Shown here piece by piece: positions 7,407-15,472 of a DNA stretch of 32,000 nucleotides. The translations under genes were made by a program, and so were the position numbers. The notes under the pieces are model-generated. The model did not search any database. It was not told the DNA's origin and was given only the letters and a program-made list of their open reading frames with translations. The stretch covers positions 46,122 through 78,121 of the forward strand of contig CAZROC010000007.1 of the NCBI GenBank assembly GCA_964601625.1. The letters run 5' to 3'. The DNA comes from an uncultured Thermoplasmata archaeon (GTDB lineage: Archaea; Thermoplasmatota; Thermoplasmata; JAGHBH01). Within the stretch, counting starts at the first letter, position 1, and the number at the start of each line of letters is the position of its first letter.

Positions 7407-9383
7407 GTGAGCACATTGACCAGAAATATACACTTTCTCATAAAAACTTTTTATTTAATTAATAAAAAGATAATTAATAAAAAAACTTTCAGGGAAATTA
7501 TCATAAAGGGAACATTATTCGTAAGTGCGATCTTTGCTATAGTGGTGATTTTTTTCATCGTATTTTTCTTATTTAAAGAGGGACACCCAATATTTGAAAA
7601 TATTGGATTATGGAGTTTTTTATCTGGTAAAGAATGGAACCCATCTGGAGTTCCTCCACGTTATGGGGCTTTTCCGCTCATTTTGGGATCTTTGCTGGTG
7701 ACGTCTGGTGCCATGACAATTTCAGTTCCCTTGGGAGTCGGGACCGCCATATTTATTTCGGAGATCGCACCGCCAAAGATAAAGACCATCATTAAATCTG
7801 GAGTTGAAATACTTTCAGGCATCCCATCAGTCGTTTATGGATTCTTCGGGTTAACCGTGTTAACTGATTGGTTGAGGGTGACATTTAATCGGCCATCTGG
7901 TGAATGCTGGTTAGCAGGTTCTATTCTCCTTGGAATAATGGCATTACCAACTATTATCAGCGTATCCGAGGATGCACTAAGCTCTGTTCCCATGGAATAT
8001 AAGGAGGCTTCTCTATCTTTGGGTGCAACTAAGTGGCAGACCATAAGCAGGGTGAGTGTGCCCTCAGCTATTTCTGGTATTGCTGCAGCCATAATCCTAG
8101 GTACTGGTAGAGCGATTGGAGAGACCATGGCAGTAATGATGGTAACTGGAAACGCTGCCATTATTCCCAAACCAATTACAAATGTCTTTTCTCCTATCAG
8201 AACAATTACTGGTACACTGGGCATTGAGATGGGAGAAGTAGCATATGGGAGTACCCATTATCATGCATTATTTGGTTTAGCCCTGGTACTGTTTGTTATA
8301 ATCTTCATTGTGAATACGACTGCAAACGTTATTATAGGAAAGATAAAAGAAAAGCACATGCCAACATCAAAGAAGAAAAAAAGAAAGAGGTTATCGCAAA
8401 AAATAGTGCAGGGAGTCAGGTACAGCATATATGCCCTACTTGGTTTAACCTTGATATGGCTATTGGTTGTGTGGTTTAGTATAGAAATATCCATCTTAAT
8501 AATTTTGATTATACTTTGTTACTATATTATTACCAAAAAAATCTCTGCTAAAAGTTCTCAGCGAGTAGCCTTTGGATTAGTCACATTATCCACAATAATT
8601 GTACTGTTTACCCTAGGGACAATCCTGTACTACATTATAGCAAACGGGATAGGAGCAATGAGCTGGGAATTTTTATCACAACCCCCCAGAGATTCCGGCA
8701 GAGCCGGCGGAATATACCCTGCGATAATAGGCACTTTTTATTTAGTAAGCGGCGCAATTCTTATTGCTTTGCCTATCGGTGTAGGTGCTGCTGTCTATCT
8801 GACTGAGTACACAAGAGAAGGATTGCCGACAAAGATAATTCGAACCGGTGTAGAAAATTTAAACGGCACGCCTTCTATTGTATTTGGCTTGTTTGGATTT
8901 GCATTCTTGGTACTCTACCTGGAGATGGGTATATCATTGCTGGCAGGACAGATAACGTTAGCACTCATGATACTCCCTACGATAATAATAACCACAGAGG
9001 AATCTTTAAAAAGTGTTCCACAGCCGATGAGAGAAGCAAGTTTAGCGTTAGGTGCCACAAAATGGCAAACCGTGAGAAAAGTGGTTTTACCTCCCGCAAT
9101 GCCCGGGATAATTACCGGAACGATACTCAGTATTGGCAGAGCTGCCGGCGAAACAGCACCGATTATGTTTACTGCTGTTGTCTTCAGTCAAAGATTTTTG
9201 CCAGCCTCACCATTAGAACCAGTAATGGCACTACCATACCATCTATTTGTACTCACAACAAGTGTCCCCGGTGCAGAGCAAAATGCGTATGGCACCGCAT
9301 TAGTTCTTTTGATATTAGTTACATGTCTATATATAATCGCAATAATGATTCGTTATCACCATAAAAAGATGGTAAAGTGGTGA
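7407..9383 (+). CDS. pstCA: Fused phosphate ABC transporter permease PstC-PstA in a single 658-aa polypeptide
   Basis: The N-terminal half has the PstC-type EAA loop 'EDALSSVPMEYKEASLSLGATKWQTISRVSVP'. The C-terminal half has the PstA-type loop 'EESLKSVPQPMREASLALGATKWQTVRKVVLP' and 'GGIYPAIIGT'. There is no stop codon between the halves. They are joined by a basic segment 'KEKHMPTSKKKKRKRLSQK' plus two extra hydrophobic helices. The start is uncertain: GTG 7407 or TTG 7416. Confidence 0.85.
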   Translation: MSTLTRNIHFLIKTFYLINKKIINKKTFREIIIKGTLFVSAIFAIVVIFFIVFFLFKEGHPIFENIGLWSFLSGKEWNPSGVPPRYGAFPLILGSLLVTSGAMTISVPLGVGTAIFISEIAPPKIKTIIKSGVEILSGIPSVVYGFFGLTVLTDWLRVTFNRPSGECWLAGSILLGIMALPTIISVSEDALSSVPMEYKEASLSLGATKWQTISRVSVPSAISGIAAAIILGTGRAIGETMAVMMVTGNAAIIPKPITNVFSPIRTITGTLGIEMGEVAYGSTHYHALFGLALVLFVIIFIVNTTANVIIGKIKEKHMPTSKKKKRKRLSQKIVQGVRYSIYALLGLTLIWLLVVWFSIEISILIILIILCYYIITKKISAKSSQRVAFGLVTLSTIIVLFTLGTILYYIIANGIGAMSWEFLSQPPRDSGRAGGIYPAIIGTFYLVSGAILIALPIGVGAAVYLTEYTREGLPTKIIRTGVENLNGTPSIVFGLFGFAFLVLYLEMGISLLAGQITLALMILPTIIITTEESLKSVPQPMREASLALGATKWQTVRKVVLPPAMPGIITGTILSIGRAAGETAPIMFTAVVFSQRFLPASPLEPVMALPYHLFVLTTSVPGAEQNAYGTALVLLILVTCLYIIAIMIRYHHKKMVKW

Positions 9384-9387
9384 TTGA

Positions 9388-10152
9388 ATGCCTGAAAACA
9401 ACTACGTCATTGAAACTGAGGAACTAAATCTGTGGTATGGAGAAAACCATGTGCTTAGAGATATATGCATGAAAGTTATGAAAAATAGAGTGACTGCGTT
9501 GATAGGTCCATCTGGTTGTGGAAAATCTACACTTATTAGATGTTTCAACCGTATGAACGACATTATTGGTAATTGCAGAATAAAGGGAAAAGTGTTTTTC
9601 AATGGAAAGGATATTTACAACCCGAATACAGATGTAGTTACTATAAGAAAAAAAATAGGCATGGTATTTCAAAAACCCAATCCATTCCCTAAATCAATAT
9701 ATGAAAACGTGGCTTATGGACCAAGAGTCCATGGCATAAATGATAGGGAAACACTGGACAGAATAGTTGAGAAAAGTCTAAAAGCTGCCGCTCTTTGGGA
9801 TGAGGTTAAAGATAGACTCGATATTTCTGCAATGAGCCTATCTGGTGGGCAGCAGCAAAGGTTGTGTATTGCAAGGGCGTTAGCTATAGAACCGGAGGTC
9901 CTATTGATGGATGAGCCATGCTCATCTCTGGATCCCATAGCAACTACAAAAATTGAGGACCTGATAAATGATCTGAAAAAGAAATATACTGTTGTTATCG
10001 TAACTCATAGCATGCAACAGGCAGCGAGAGTAAGCGATTACACAGGATTCCTTTACCTTGGACAAATGATTGAGTTTGGACCTACAAAACAGATATTTGA
10101 GAACCCACAAGAGGAACTCACTGAGAAATATATCACGGGAAGGTTTGGATGA
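9388..10152 (+). CDS. pstB: Phosphate ABC transporter ATP-binding protein PstB
   Basis: Walker A is 'GPSGCGKST', the ABC signature is 'LSGGQQQRL', Walker B is 'LLMDEP' and the H-loop is 'VTHSMQQA'. The PstB-typical '[18 protein letters not shown]' is present. Confidence 0.95.
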   Translation: MPENNYVIETEELNLWYGENHVLRDICMKVMKNRVTALIGPSGCGKSTLIRCFNRMNDIIGNCRIKGKVFFNGKDIYNPNTDVVTIRKKIGMVFQKPNPFPKSIYENVAYGPRVHGINDRETLDRIVEKSLKAAALWDEVKDRLDISAMSLSGGQQQRLCIARALAIEPEVLLMDEPCSSLDPIATTKIEDLINDLKKKYTVVIVTHSMQQAARVSDYTGFLYLGQMIEFGPTKQIFENPQEELTEKYITGRFG

Positions 10153-10164
10153 TAGGGTGGTAAA

Positions 10165-10815
10165 ATGGTTGAAAAATTTCACGCAGAACTAAACGCGCTA
10201 AAAAAGGAAGTACTGGAAATGGGAGATCTTGCTAGGGACATGCTCCAAAAGTCGGTAGAATCTCTGAAGAAGCGAGATATTGAGATGGCTGGCCAGGTTA
10301 TATCAAAAAAGAGCGCAATTATAGATATGGATGATGATATAGAACAGCGTGCCCTCACACTCCTCACTCTTTATCAACCCATGGCTAAAGACATGAGAAC
10401 AATAGCATGCATTTTAAAAATGATTACATATCTAACAAGAATTGGGCGATATGGGAAAGATATAGCGAACTTGGCAAGGGAGTTATCTACACAGCCTCAT
10501 ATAGCTAAATTGGTAAGTATACCTTATATGTGCGATATTGTATGTGAGATGATTGAAGATGCGCTGAAGGCATTTGAAACAGAGGATTTGTCCTTAGTCC
10601 AGGATTTTTCAGAGAGGGATGACACTCTGGACACACTAAGATACTCCATATTTAGGGAATGTTTAACTTATATGATGGAGGACCCTAAAAATATCACACG
10701 CTGCGCGCATTATATGATGATTGCTCGTTATCTGGAAAGATGCGGAGATCACGCATGTAAGATTGCTGAAAAAGTTCATTATATGGTGACAGGTGAACGG
10801 ATTGAGATAAAATAA
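10165..10815 (+). CDS. phoU: Phosphate signalling / transport accessory protein PhoU
   Basis: It contains two PhoU repeats, 'ITYLTRIGRYGKDIAN' and 'ARYLERCGDHACKIAEK'. The 216-aa gene lies immediately downstream of pstB. Confidence 0.9.
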   Translation: MVEKFHAELNALKKEVLEMGDLARDMLQKSVESLKKRDIEMAGQVISKKSAIIDMDDDIEQRALTLLTLYQPMAKDMRTIACILKMITYLTRIGRYGKDIANLARELSTQPHIAKLVSIPYMCDIVCEMIEDALKAFETEDLSLVQDFSERDDTLDTLRYSIFRECLTYMMEDPKNITRCAHYMMIARYLERCGDHACKIAEKVHYMVTGERIEIK

Positions 10816-10933
10816 TGGCAGGTGACTCTGGCTCTCAGTGATGCTTTATCGCCCAAATGCCTTTGCCACTTTTATAACGATGTAATCAGTTAGATGTGCG
10901 ACGAGCGAATGATCTTCAGATATTCCCACATGG

Positions 10934-12601
10934 TCACAGCCGCGGCCCCACAATCTGCCACACTATCAACAACAGCACGGCCACGCTCGCAGCCATTGTG
11001 ACCTTTCCGGAAAACGCCTCCACCTTTTTCGCATCTGCGAGTTTTTTTCTCCACAGGCAGAATCGTGTGTAAACAGCGGCTATGAAATCTTTGAATATAT
11101 ACCCTCCGTCAAGGGGGACAGCGGGCAGAGAGTTCGTGAGACCGACCATTATGTTCAGCCAGAAGAGGAAATAAAAGGCGTTCACCAGACCCCAGAAAAA
11201 CCACTCCGGCAGAACGGACAGGGGGCCTGTTACAGTGTAAAAATCGGTAAACGGGTGGACCATCGGGGCCATGCGCAGCCCGGGGCCTATGTTGTTGAAA
11301 GGCAGAGATATGTAGAGTATGGTGGAGGCGAAAAAACCCTTAACGCCATCGGCGTCTCTGTAGGGGTTGACCAGGAACCCCGCCAGCCGGCCGGGGTGGG
11401 TCGCCAGCGATATGACCCCCAGAAACCCCTTGCCTATGCCAACAGTAACATTAACCACCGTCTGCTCTCCGTCCCGGAACAGGGTCAGAGTGGTGTTTTC
11501 CCCCGGCGTGAGGCCATCCAGAGCGGAGTGGTATGAGCCAATGTCCGGTGTGGGAGTGCCGTTCAGGGACACTATGACATCTCCCACGGCCACCCCCGCT
11601 TTTTCCCCGGGCCCGTTTTTATACACTTCCACGACCAACACGCCACCCACGTCCCCTGCCCCCCCTGTGTCACCGCTATCGTCCACTTCAAGGCCCAGCG
11701 AGGGCTTTTCCGACCTGTACCATGGCTGGTTTTTAAAATAGGCGTCAGGGGCATAGCCCATCCTGGCTGTGGTGTTCCATGCCCCCCTGTCCCGGTGGAA
11801 AAGGGTGATGTTCACCACATCGCCGGTGTGTGTCCTGTTTATGGCATCGTGGAGGTCGTCCCAGCCGTGTATCGGCGTGCCGTTGAAAGAGGTTATGAAA
11901 GACCCGTTTACAATTCCAGCCTCTTCCGCGGGCGAGTTGGGGATTACAAAAAGCACGGCGTCACCATCGGAAGCGGCACGGACAGAGCCCATGAGCACCC
12001 ACGAAAAAATCAGAGCAAAAACCAGACCCCACATTATGTTGGCGGAGGGGCCGGCGGAGTAAACCCGCATCCTCACACGCCTTGGAGCCTTCTTCAGCTC
12101 GTCCTCGTCCGGCTCAACAAAGGCCCCTATGGGAACGATCAGGAACAGTATTCCCATGGACTTAACAGAAAGACGCCCGAGCCGGGTTAGGATGCCGTGG
12201 GAAAACTCGTGGACCACTATGGCAACAGCCAGGCCCAGGATGCCCTCCCAGAGGGGTATGACAGGGTTTACCCCGGGAATCCCCACGTACATTGAAATCG
12301 GAGGCGCCTCTTTGCGGGGCATCGTGTAGACAAAGCTCGCAGTCCACAGCAGGAAAAAAAACATCAAAGCCATGGAGACCATGACCAGCGCCACGGAAAA
12401 ATCGCCGTAGAACCCCCAGAACCTCCGCTTTGACGCCAGCCGGTCAAGTAAACGCCGCCCCCTCCTGGTGCGGATCATAAGCGCCGGTCCCCAGAGCGAG
12501 ATACCCCTCTCCTCCATAGCATCTTTTTTGAAGCTGAACAGCAAAAAAACGGCGAGGAAATACACTGCGAGAACGACCAGGAAAATGAAGAGGCCGGACA
12601 C
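10934..12601 (-). CDS. Site-2 protease (peptidase M50) with inserted PDZ domains
   Basis: The zinc motif 'VVHEFSHGI' (HExxH) lies in a TM helix, and the C-terminal 'LTNSLPAVPLDGGYIF' is the NxxPxxxLDG motif. Two PDZ-like segments are present: 'NSPAEEAGIVNGSFITSFNGTPI' and 'NGPGEKAGVAVGDVIVSLNGTP'. Confidence 0.85.
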   Translation of the reverse strand: MSGLFIFLVVLAVYFLAVFLLFSFKKDAMEERGISLWGPALMIRTRRGRRLLDRLASKRRFWGFYGDFSVALVMVSMALMFFFLLWTASFVYTMPRKEAPPISMYVGIPGVNPVIPLWEGILGLAVAIVVHEFSHGILTRLGRLSVKSMGILFLIVPIGAFVEPDEDELKKAPRRVRMRVYSAGPSANIMWGLVFALIFSWVLMGSVRAASDGDAVLFVIPNSPAEEAGIVNGSFITSFNGTPIHGWDDLHDAINRTHTGDVVNITLFHRDRGAWNTTARMGYAPDAYFKNQPWYRSEKPSLGLEVDDSGDTGGAGDVGGVLVVEVYKNGPGEKAGVAVGDVIVSLNGTPTPDIGSYHSALDGLTPGENTTLTLFRDGEQTVVNVTVGIGKGFLGVISLATHPGRLAGFLVNPYRDADGVKGFFASTILYISLPFNNIGPGLRMAPMVHPFTDFYTVTGPLSVLPEWFFWGLVNAFYFLFWLNIMVGLTNSLPAVPLDGGYIFKDFIAAVYTRFCLWRKKLADAKKVEAFSGKVTMAASVAVLLLIVWQIVGPRL

Positions 12602-12604
12602 CCT

Positions 12605-13006
12605 TCACACCCCGCCGCCGTTTTCCCCGCCACCACCCTCTCCCCAGAAATCAAGGTTTTCGTAAACGTCAGCCCCACCGTTTTTTTCTTCTTCCAGCTT
12701 TTTTTCCTCCTCAGCGGCCTCTTTTATCTTATCCTTGTTCAAAACCCAGTAGTGGAGACGCCACTTCTTACCGTGGGCGACATAGACCTCGTCCTCAAAC
12801 GTGGAAACCAGGCCCACCTCCTCCAGCAGATAGAACACGTCCCTCTCCTTTGAAGACAGCTTGTTGTCAGGTATTGAGTCGTCATAGCCAAAAAACTCCA
12901 TCGCCTTCCGGGCGACCTCTCTGGCCCTCTCTGCCCCCAACCTCTCACCCAGCAGGCGAACAGCGGCACGCTCAAGATCCTCAACAGACACGGTCGTCAG
13001 AGGCAT
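12605..13006 (-). CDS. Conserved-looking hypothetical soluble protein with an acidic, Gly-rich C-terminal tail; operonic with the M50 protease
   Basis: The 133-aa ORF has GC-rich host-like codon usage. Its stop at 12605 lies 3 nt upstream of the M50 start at 12601. I recognise no family. The tail reads 'EEEKKLEEEKNGGADVYENLDFWGEGGGGENGGGV'. Confidence 0.5.
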   Translation of the reverse strand: MPLTTVSVEDLERAAVRLLGERLGAERAREVARKAMEFFGYDDSIPDNKLSSKERDVFYLLEEVGLVSTFEDEVYVAHGKKWRLHYWVLNKDKIKEAAEEEKKLEEEKNGGADVYENLDFWGEGGGGENGGGV

Positions 13007-13054
13007 TACCTCCGCCCACCGAAAAAGAGGGGGGAGATAAAAGAGTTCCGATAA

Positions 13055-13536
13055 CTATTCTGTATCCATGGGATGCTGGTGTCCGCCCGGTTCAATCTCC
13101 AGTGATATTATCAACTCCGCTGTTGTCCAGATCCTTATTCTATCTTTTATTTTGTCCTGTATCTGGAAGTAATGGTTGTCGTTTGTCCAGACCCCATCGT
13201 TGTTTGTGCAGAGGGCGAGGGCGATGAAAACGGTGTCATCTGGATCTATGGGGTCCATGATTTTTCTTGCCTCATCAAAACAGGGAAGGATTTTACTTAT
13301 TGGAACAATTTCAATGCGAGAGAATATTTCGCCAAGAACAAAATTGAGTTCGTAATCCTCTAGACCGCTTTTTTGAAGAATCAATGAACCATGTTTTCTG
13401 ATTTCATATAAGATATAATCAGGTGCTATGAATTCAAGATGTGGGTTTAGAAGTATTTTCCTTGAGGCGGGTTTTTTATAAGGGCAGAGAAGATGGGATT
13501 TGAGTCCACAACGAGGGTTTTTGGGATTTTTGTCAT
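13055..13536 (-). pseudogene. PIN-domain (VapC-like) toxin gene disrupted by a frameshift in a homopolymer run
   Basis: ATG 13536 (minus strand) gives 'MTKIPKTLVVDSNPIFSALIKNP...' and then stops; this holds the first acidic PIN residue in 'VVDSN'. Another frame continues '...KILLNPHLEFIAPDYILYEIRKHGSLILQKSG...' into ORF 13055..13384, which carries 'DPDDTVFIALAL' and 'VWTNDNH'. The frames meet at the A6 run (T6 on the plus strand, 13472..13477). Confidence 0.6.
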
Positions 13537-13596
13537 TTAAATCACTACTTCTTTCCCGTGTTTACAAGTATTTATAGTTTTTTAAACGCATAAATA

Positions 13597-13854
13597 TTAT
13601 CCCGCCGTCCCCTCCGCCCCATCGCCATCTTTGCCTCTCTCATAATGCTTTCTTAGCTCCTTTTTGATGATCTTATCTATCTCTTCAACGTCTTTTTCTG
13701 TGAGTTCGCTTTTTGAGAGTATATGGTCTAAGAGTTCAAGTTTGGTGGCGTACTCCCACATGGCTCTTCTGGCGATCTCACTCCATCTGATCTCTCTGTG
13801 GGATTTTATAATGCGGTAAAGGTCCTCGGGAATGGAAAGGGTCATGGTTGGCAT
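13597..13854 (-). CDS. Small antitoxin-like protein (VapB-type, RHH-like N-terminus) upstream of the PIN gene
   Basis: The 85-aa protein begins 'MTLSIPEDLYRIIKSHREIRWSEIARRAMWEY', which resembles archaeal antitoxins that pair with PIN toxins. It lies 60 bp upstream of the PIN start on the same strand. Confidence 0.5.
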   Translation of the reverse strand: MPTMTLSIPEDLYRIIKSHREIRWSEIARRAMWEYATKLELLDHILSKSELTEKDVEEIDKIIKKELRKHYERGKDGDGAEGTAG

Positions 13855-13913
13855 ATCTCCACCACAACAATCTTATGTTAATGCACATATTTATGTGTTT
13901 CTATGTATCTCTT

Positions 13914-14987
13914 TCACCGCCTGAAAACAGTCCCGTGATATGTGTACATAGCCGTTCTCACAGCGGTTGTAGTCCAGAGAGACAGGAGCAGAAAGTATAT
14001 GGAAAGGCCGAAAAGGTCTACGACATCGCTTTTCAGCACGCCAGCCACAAGGTGTGTGGCACCCACATATGCTCCCAGGGGGAATGTGAACGCCCACCAG
14101 GCCAGAGAATATGGGAGGGAGAGATTCTTTATGTAGTGAATGGTGAGGGCTATGGCCATAACAAGCCACCAGATGCCAAAGGACCAGAAGAAAACAGCAA
14201 ACAACGTGATGCTCCCGTACACGGGCCCGGATACAGTGCCTCCAGAAGCGCCCAGAGTGTTTAGAAGAGCGAGGAGGGACATGGTCCCCGCCCCTATCGG
14301 TCCGAGGTTTATCCACACAGTGGGGGCGAGAACGTTTGGGAGGGGATGGTGGAGGATGAAGCGGTACATAACCACCGCAAGAAGGGCCAGGTATATGAAA
14401 AAGCCAGCGCCCCACCCGAAGATGTTGAGGAGGAGGACGCTTTCTTTTAGAACCCCCGCCGGCAGTGCTGTGTAGACCTTTGCACCTGCTATGGGAATCA
14501 CTATGAGGCCAACCGGGGGTATGAACCAGCCGGGGTTTATGTGGTCAATTTTGACATGCTCTCCCGAGAAGACGATGTATGGAATATAGAGGGAGAAAAA
14601 CACCGTGGCCAGCGCCCCTATGAACCACAGAAGTTCCGCCAGCAGTTTCCCATCAGAGCCCCAGAACATGAAAATGTTGCCCGAAAGAACCAGCATCGCC
14701 ACGCTTATGGTGGGATAGAAGTTGGATATGACGGGGTGGACGAGGTCTTTTTTTGCGTCCTCCCTGTAAAAGATCCATCTCAACGTCCAGGGAACAAGCA
14801 GGGTGGTGAACAGGACTATGTTGAAATAAAATAGCCCCAGGGCCAGATAGTGGAGCGCCGGTATGCGGTTTGAATAGAACTCGCTTGTGACAGCGGTTAT
14901 CCCGGTTCCCATCACAGATGCAAACCACGAGGGGGCGAAGTTTTTCACGATTTCACATTTGCATTCTACATCGCGGAGCATTTCCAT
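13914..14987 (-). CDS. TDT-family (TehA/Mae1/SLAC1-like) anion transporter
   Basis: It has about 10 predicted TM helices and the N-terminal family signature 'FAPSWFASVMGTGI'. The ORF extends to ATG 15029, but ATG 14987 or 14981 follow a GGTGG ribosome-binding-like element. The start is uncertain. Confidence 0.8.
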   Translation of the reverse strand: MEMLRDVECKCEIVKNFAPSWFASVMGTGITAVTSEFYSNRIPALHYLALGLFYFNIVLFTTLLVPWTLRWIFYREDAKKDLVHPVISNFYPTISVAMLVLSGNIFMFWGSDGKLLAELLWFIGALATVFFSLYIPYIVFSGEHVKIDHINPGWFIPPVGLIVIPIAGAKVYTALPAGVLKESVLLLNIFGWGAGFFIYLALLAVVMYRFILHHPLPNVLAPTVWINLGPIGAGTMSLLALLNTLGASGGTVSGPVYGSITLFAVFFWSFGIWWLVMAIALTIHYIKNLSLPYSLAWWAFTFPLGAYVGATHLVAGVLKSDVVDLFGLSIYFLLLSLWTTTAVRTAMYTYHGTVFRR

Positions 14988-15057
14988 CGCCACCGTTCTA
15001 TGCTGTCTTCGCAGGCCCCATAACCTCATGGTATTTCAAATTATCTTGTACTACCAA

Positions 15058-15079
15058 CGTGTGTAATGCGTGTGTAATG
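15058..15079. promoter_or_regulatory. Perfect tandem 11-bp repeat (CGTGTGTAATG x2) abutting the TATA box of the arsR-family gene; candidate operator
   Basis: Unit 1 spans 15058..15068 and unit 2 spans 15069..15079, and they are identical. They are followed directly by 'tatataaac' (15080..15088), about 36-44 nt upstream of ATG 15124. Confidence 0.4.
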
Positions 15080-15123
15080 TATATAAACATCCGGGCTGTT
15101 ACTCATCCTGAAGGTGTGTCCAG

Positions 15124-15465
15124 ATGAAACTGCCCGAGACGGTGGAAAAAGGGATTGAAAAAACAGGGGGAGTTGAAAGGATTAAAAAAATTCTGGCGGA
15201 GAGGGAAGAGATGATAAAACAGGTAGCAAAAATACACCACGCTCTTTCTGACCCGATACGCATGGAAATCCTCCACGCCCTGTCAATGACCCCTCTCTGT
15301 GTGTGTATGCTCAAAGAGATAACAGGGGCACAGGATTCAAAGCTCTCCTATCACCTGTCCGTGCTCAAAGAGGCGGGCCTGGTGGCGGACAACAGAGAAT
15401 CAAACTGGAGGATATACGCCATAACCGCTCTGGGCAAAAAATATATAACCGCTGGCGTGGTGTGA
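15124..15465 (+). CDS. ArsR/SmtB-family metalloregulator with a CVC motif
   Basis: 'ALSDPIRMEILHALSMTPLCVCMLKEITGAQDSKLSYHLSVLKEAGLV' is a winged helix-turn-helix with the 'LCVC' motif in the position of the As(III)-binding ELCVCD of ArsR. An AAGGTG ribosome binding site lies upstream. Confidence 0.85.
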   Translation: MKLPETVEKGIEKTGGVERIKKILAEREEMIKQVAKIHHALSDPIRMEILHALSMTPLCVCMLKEITGAQDSKLSYHLSVLKEAGLVADNRESNWRIYAITALGKKYITAGVV

Positions 15466-15472
15466 TTGGGCA

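Noticed and set aside
13075-13095. A tRNA T-loop-like string, 'ccggttcaatctcc'
   Set aside because: It lies inside the PIN-domain coding sequence, and no acceptor or anticodon stems can be built around it. No other T-loop consensus (GGTTCGAATCC-like) with tRNA context was seen in the window.
13848-14475. Several overlapping 110-174-aa ORFs on both strands within the TDT transporter gene
   Set aside because: All overlap a 10-TM transporter ORF that carries a family signature. Their products are Arg/Pro/Gly-rich with no motifs.
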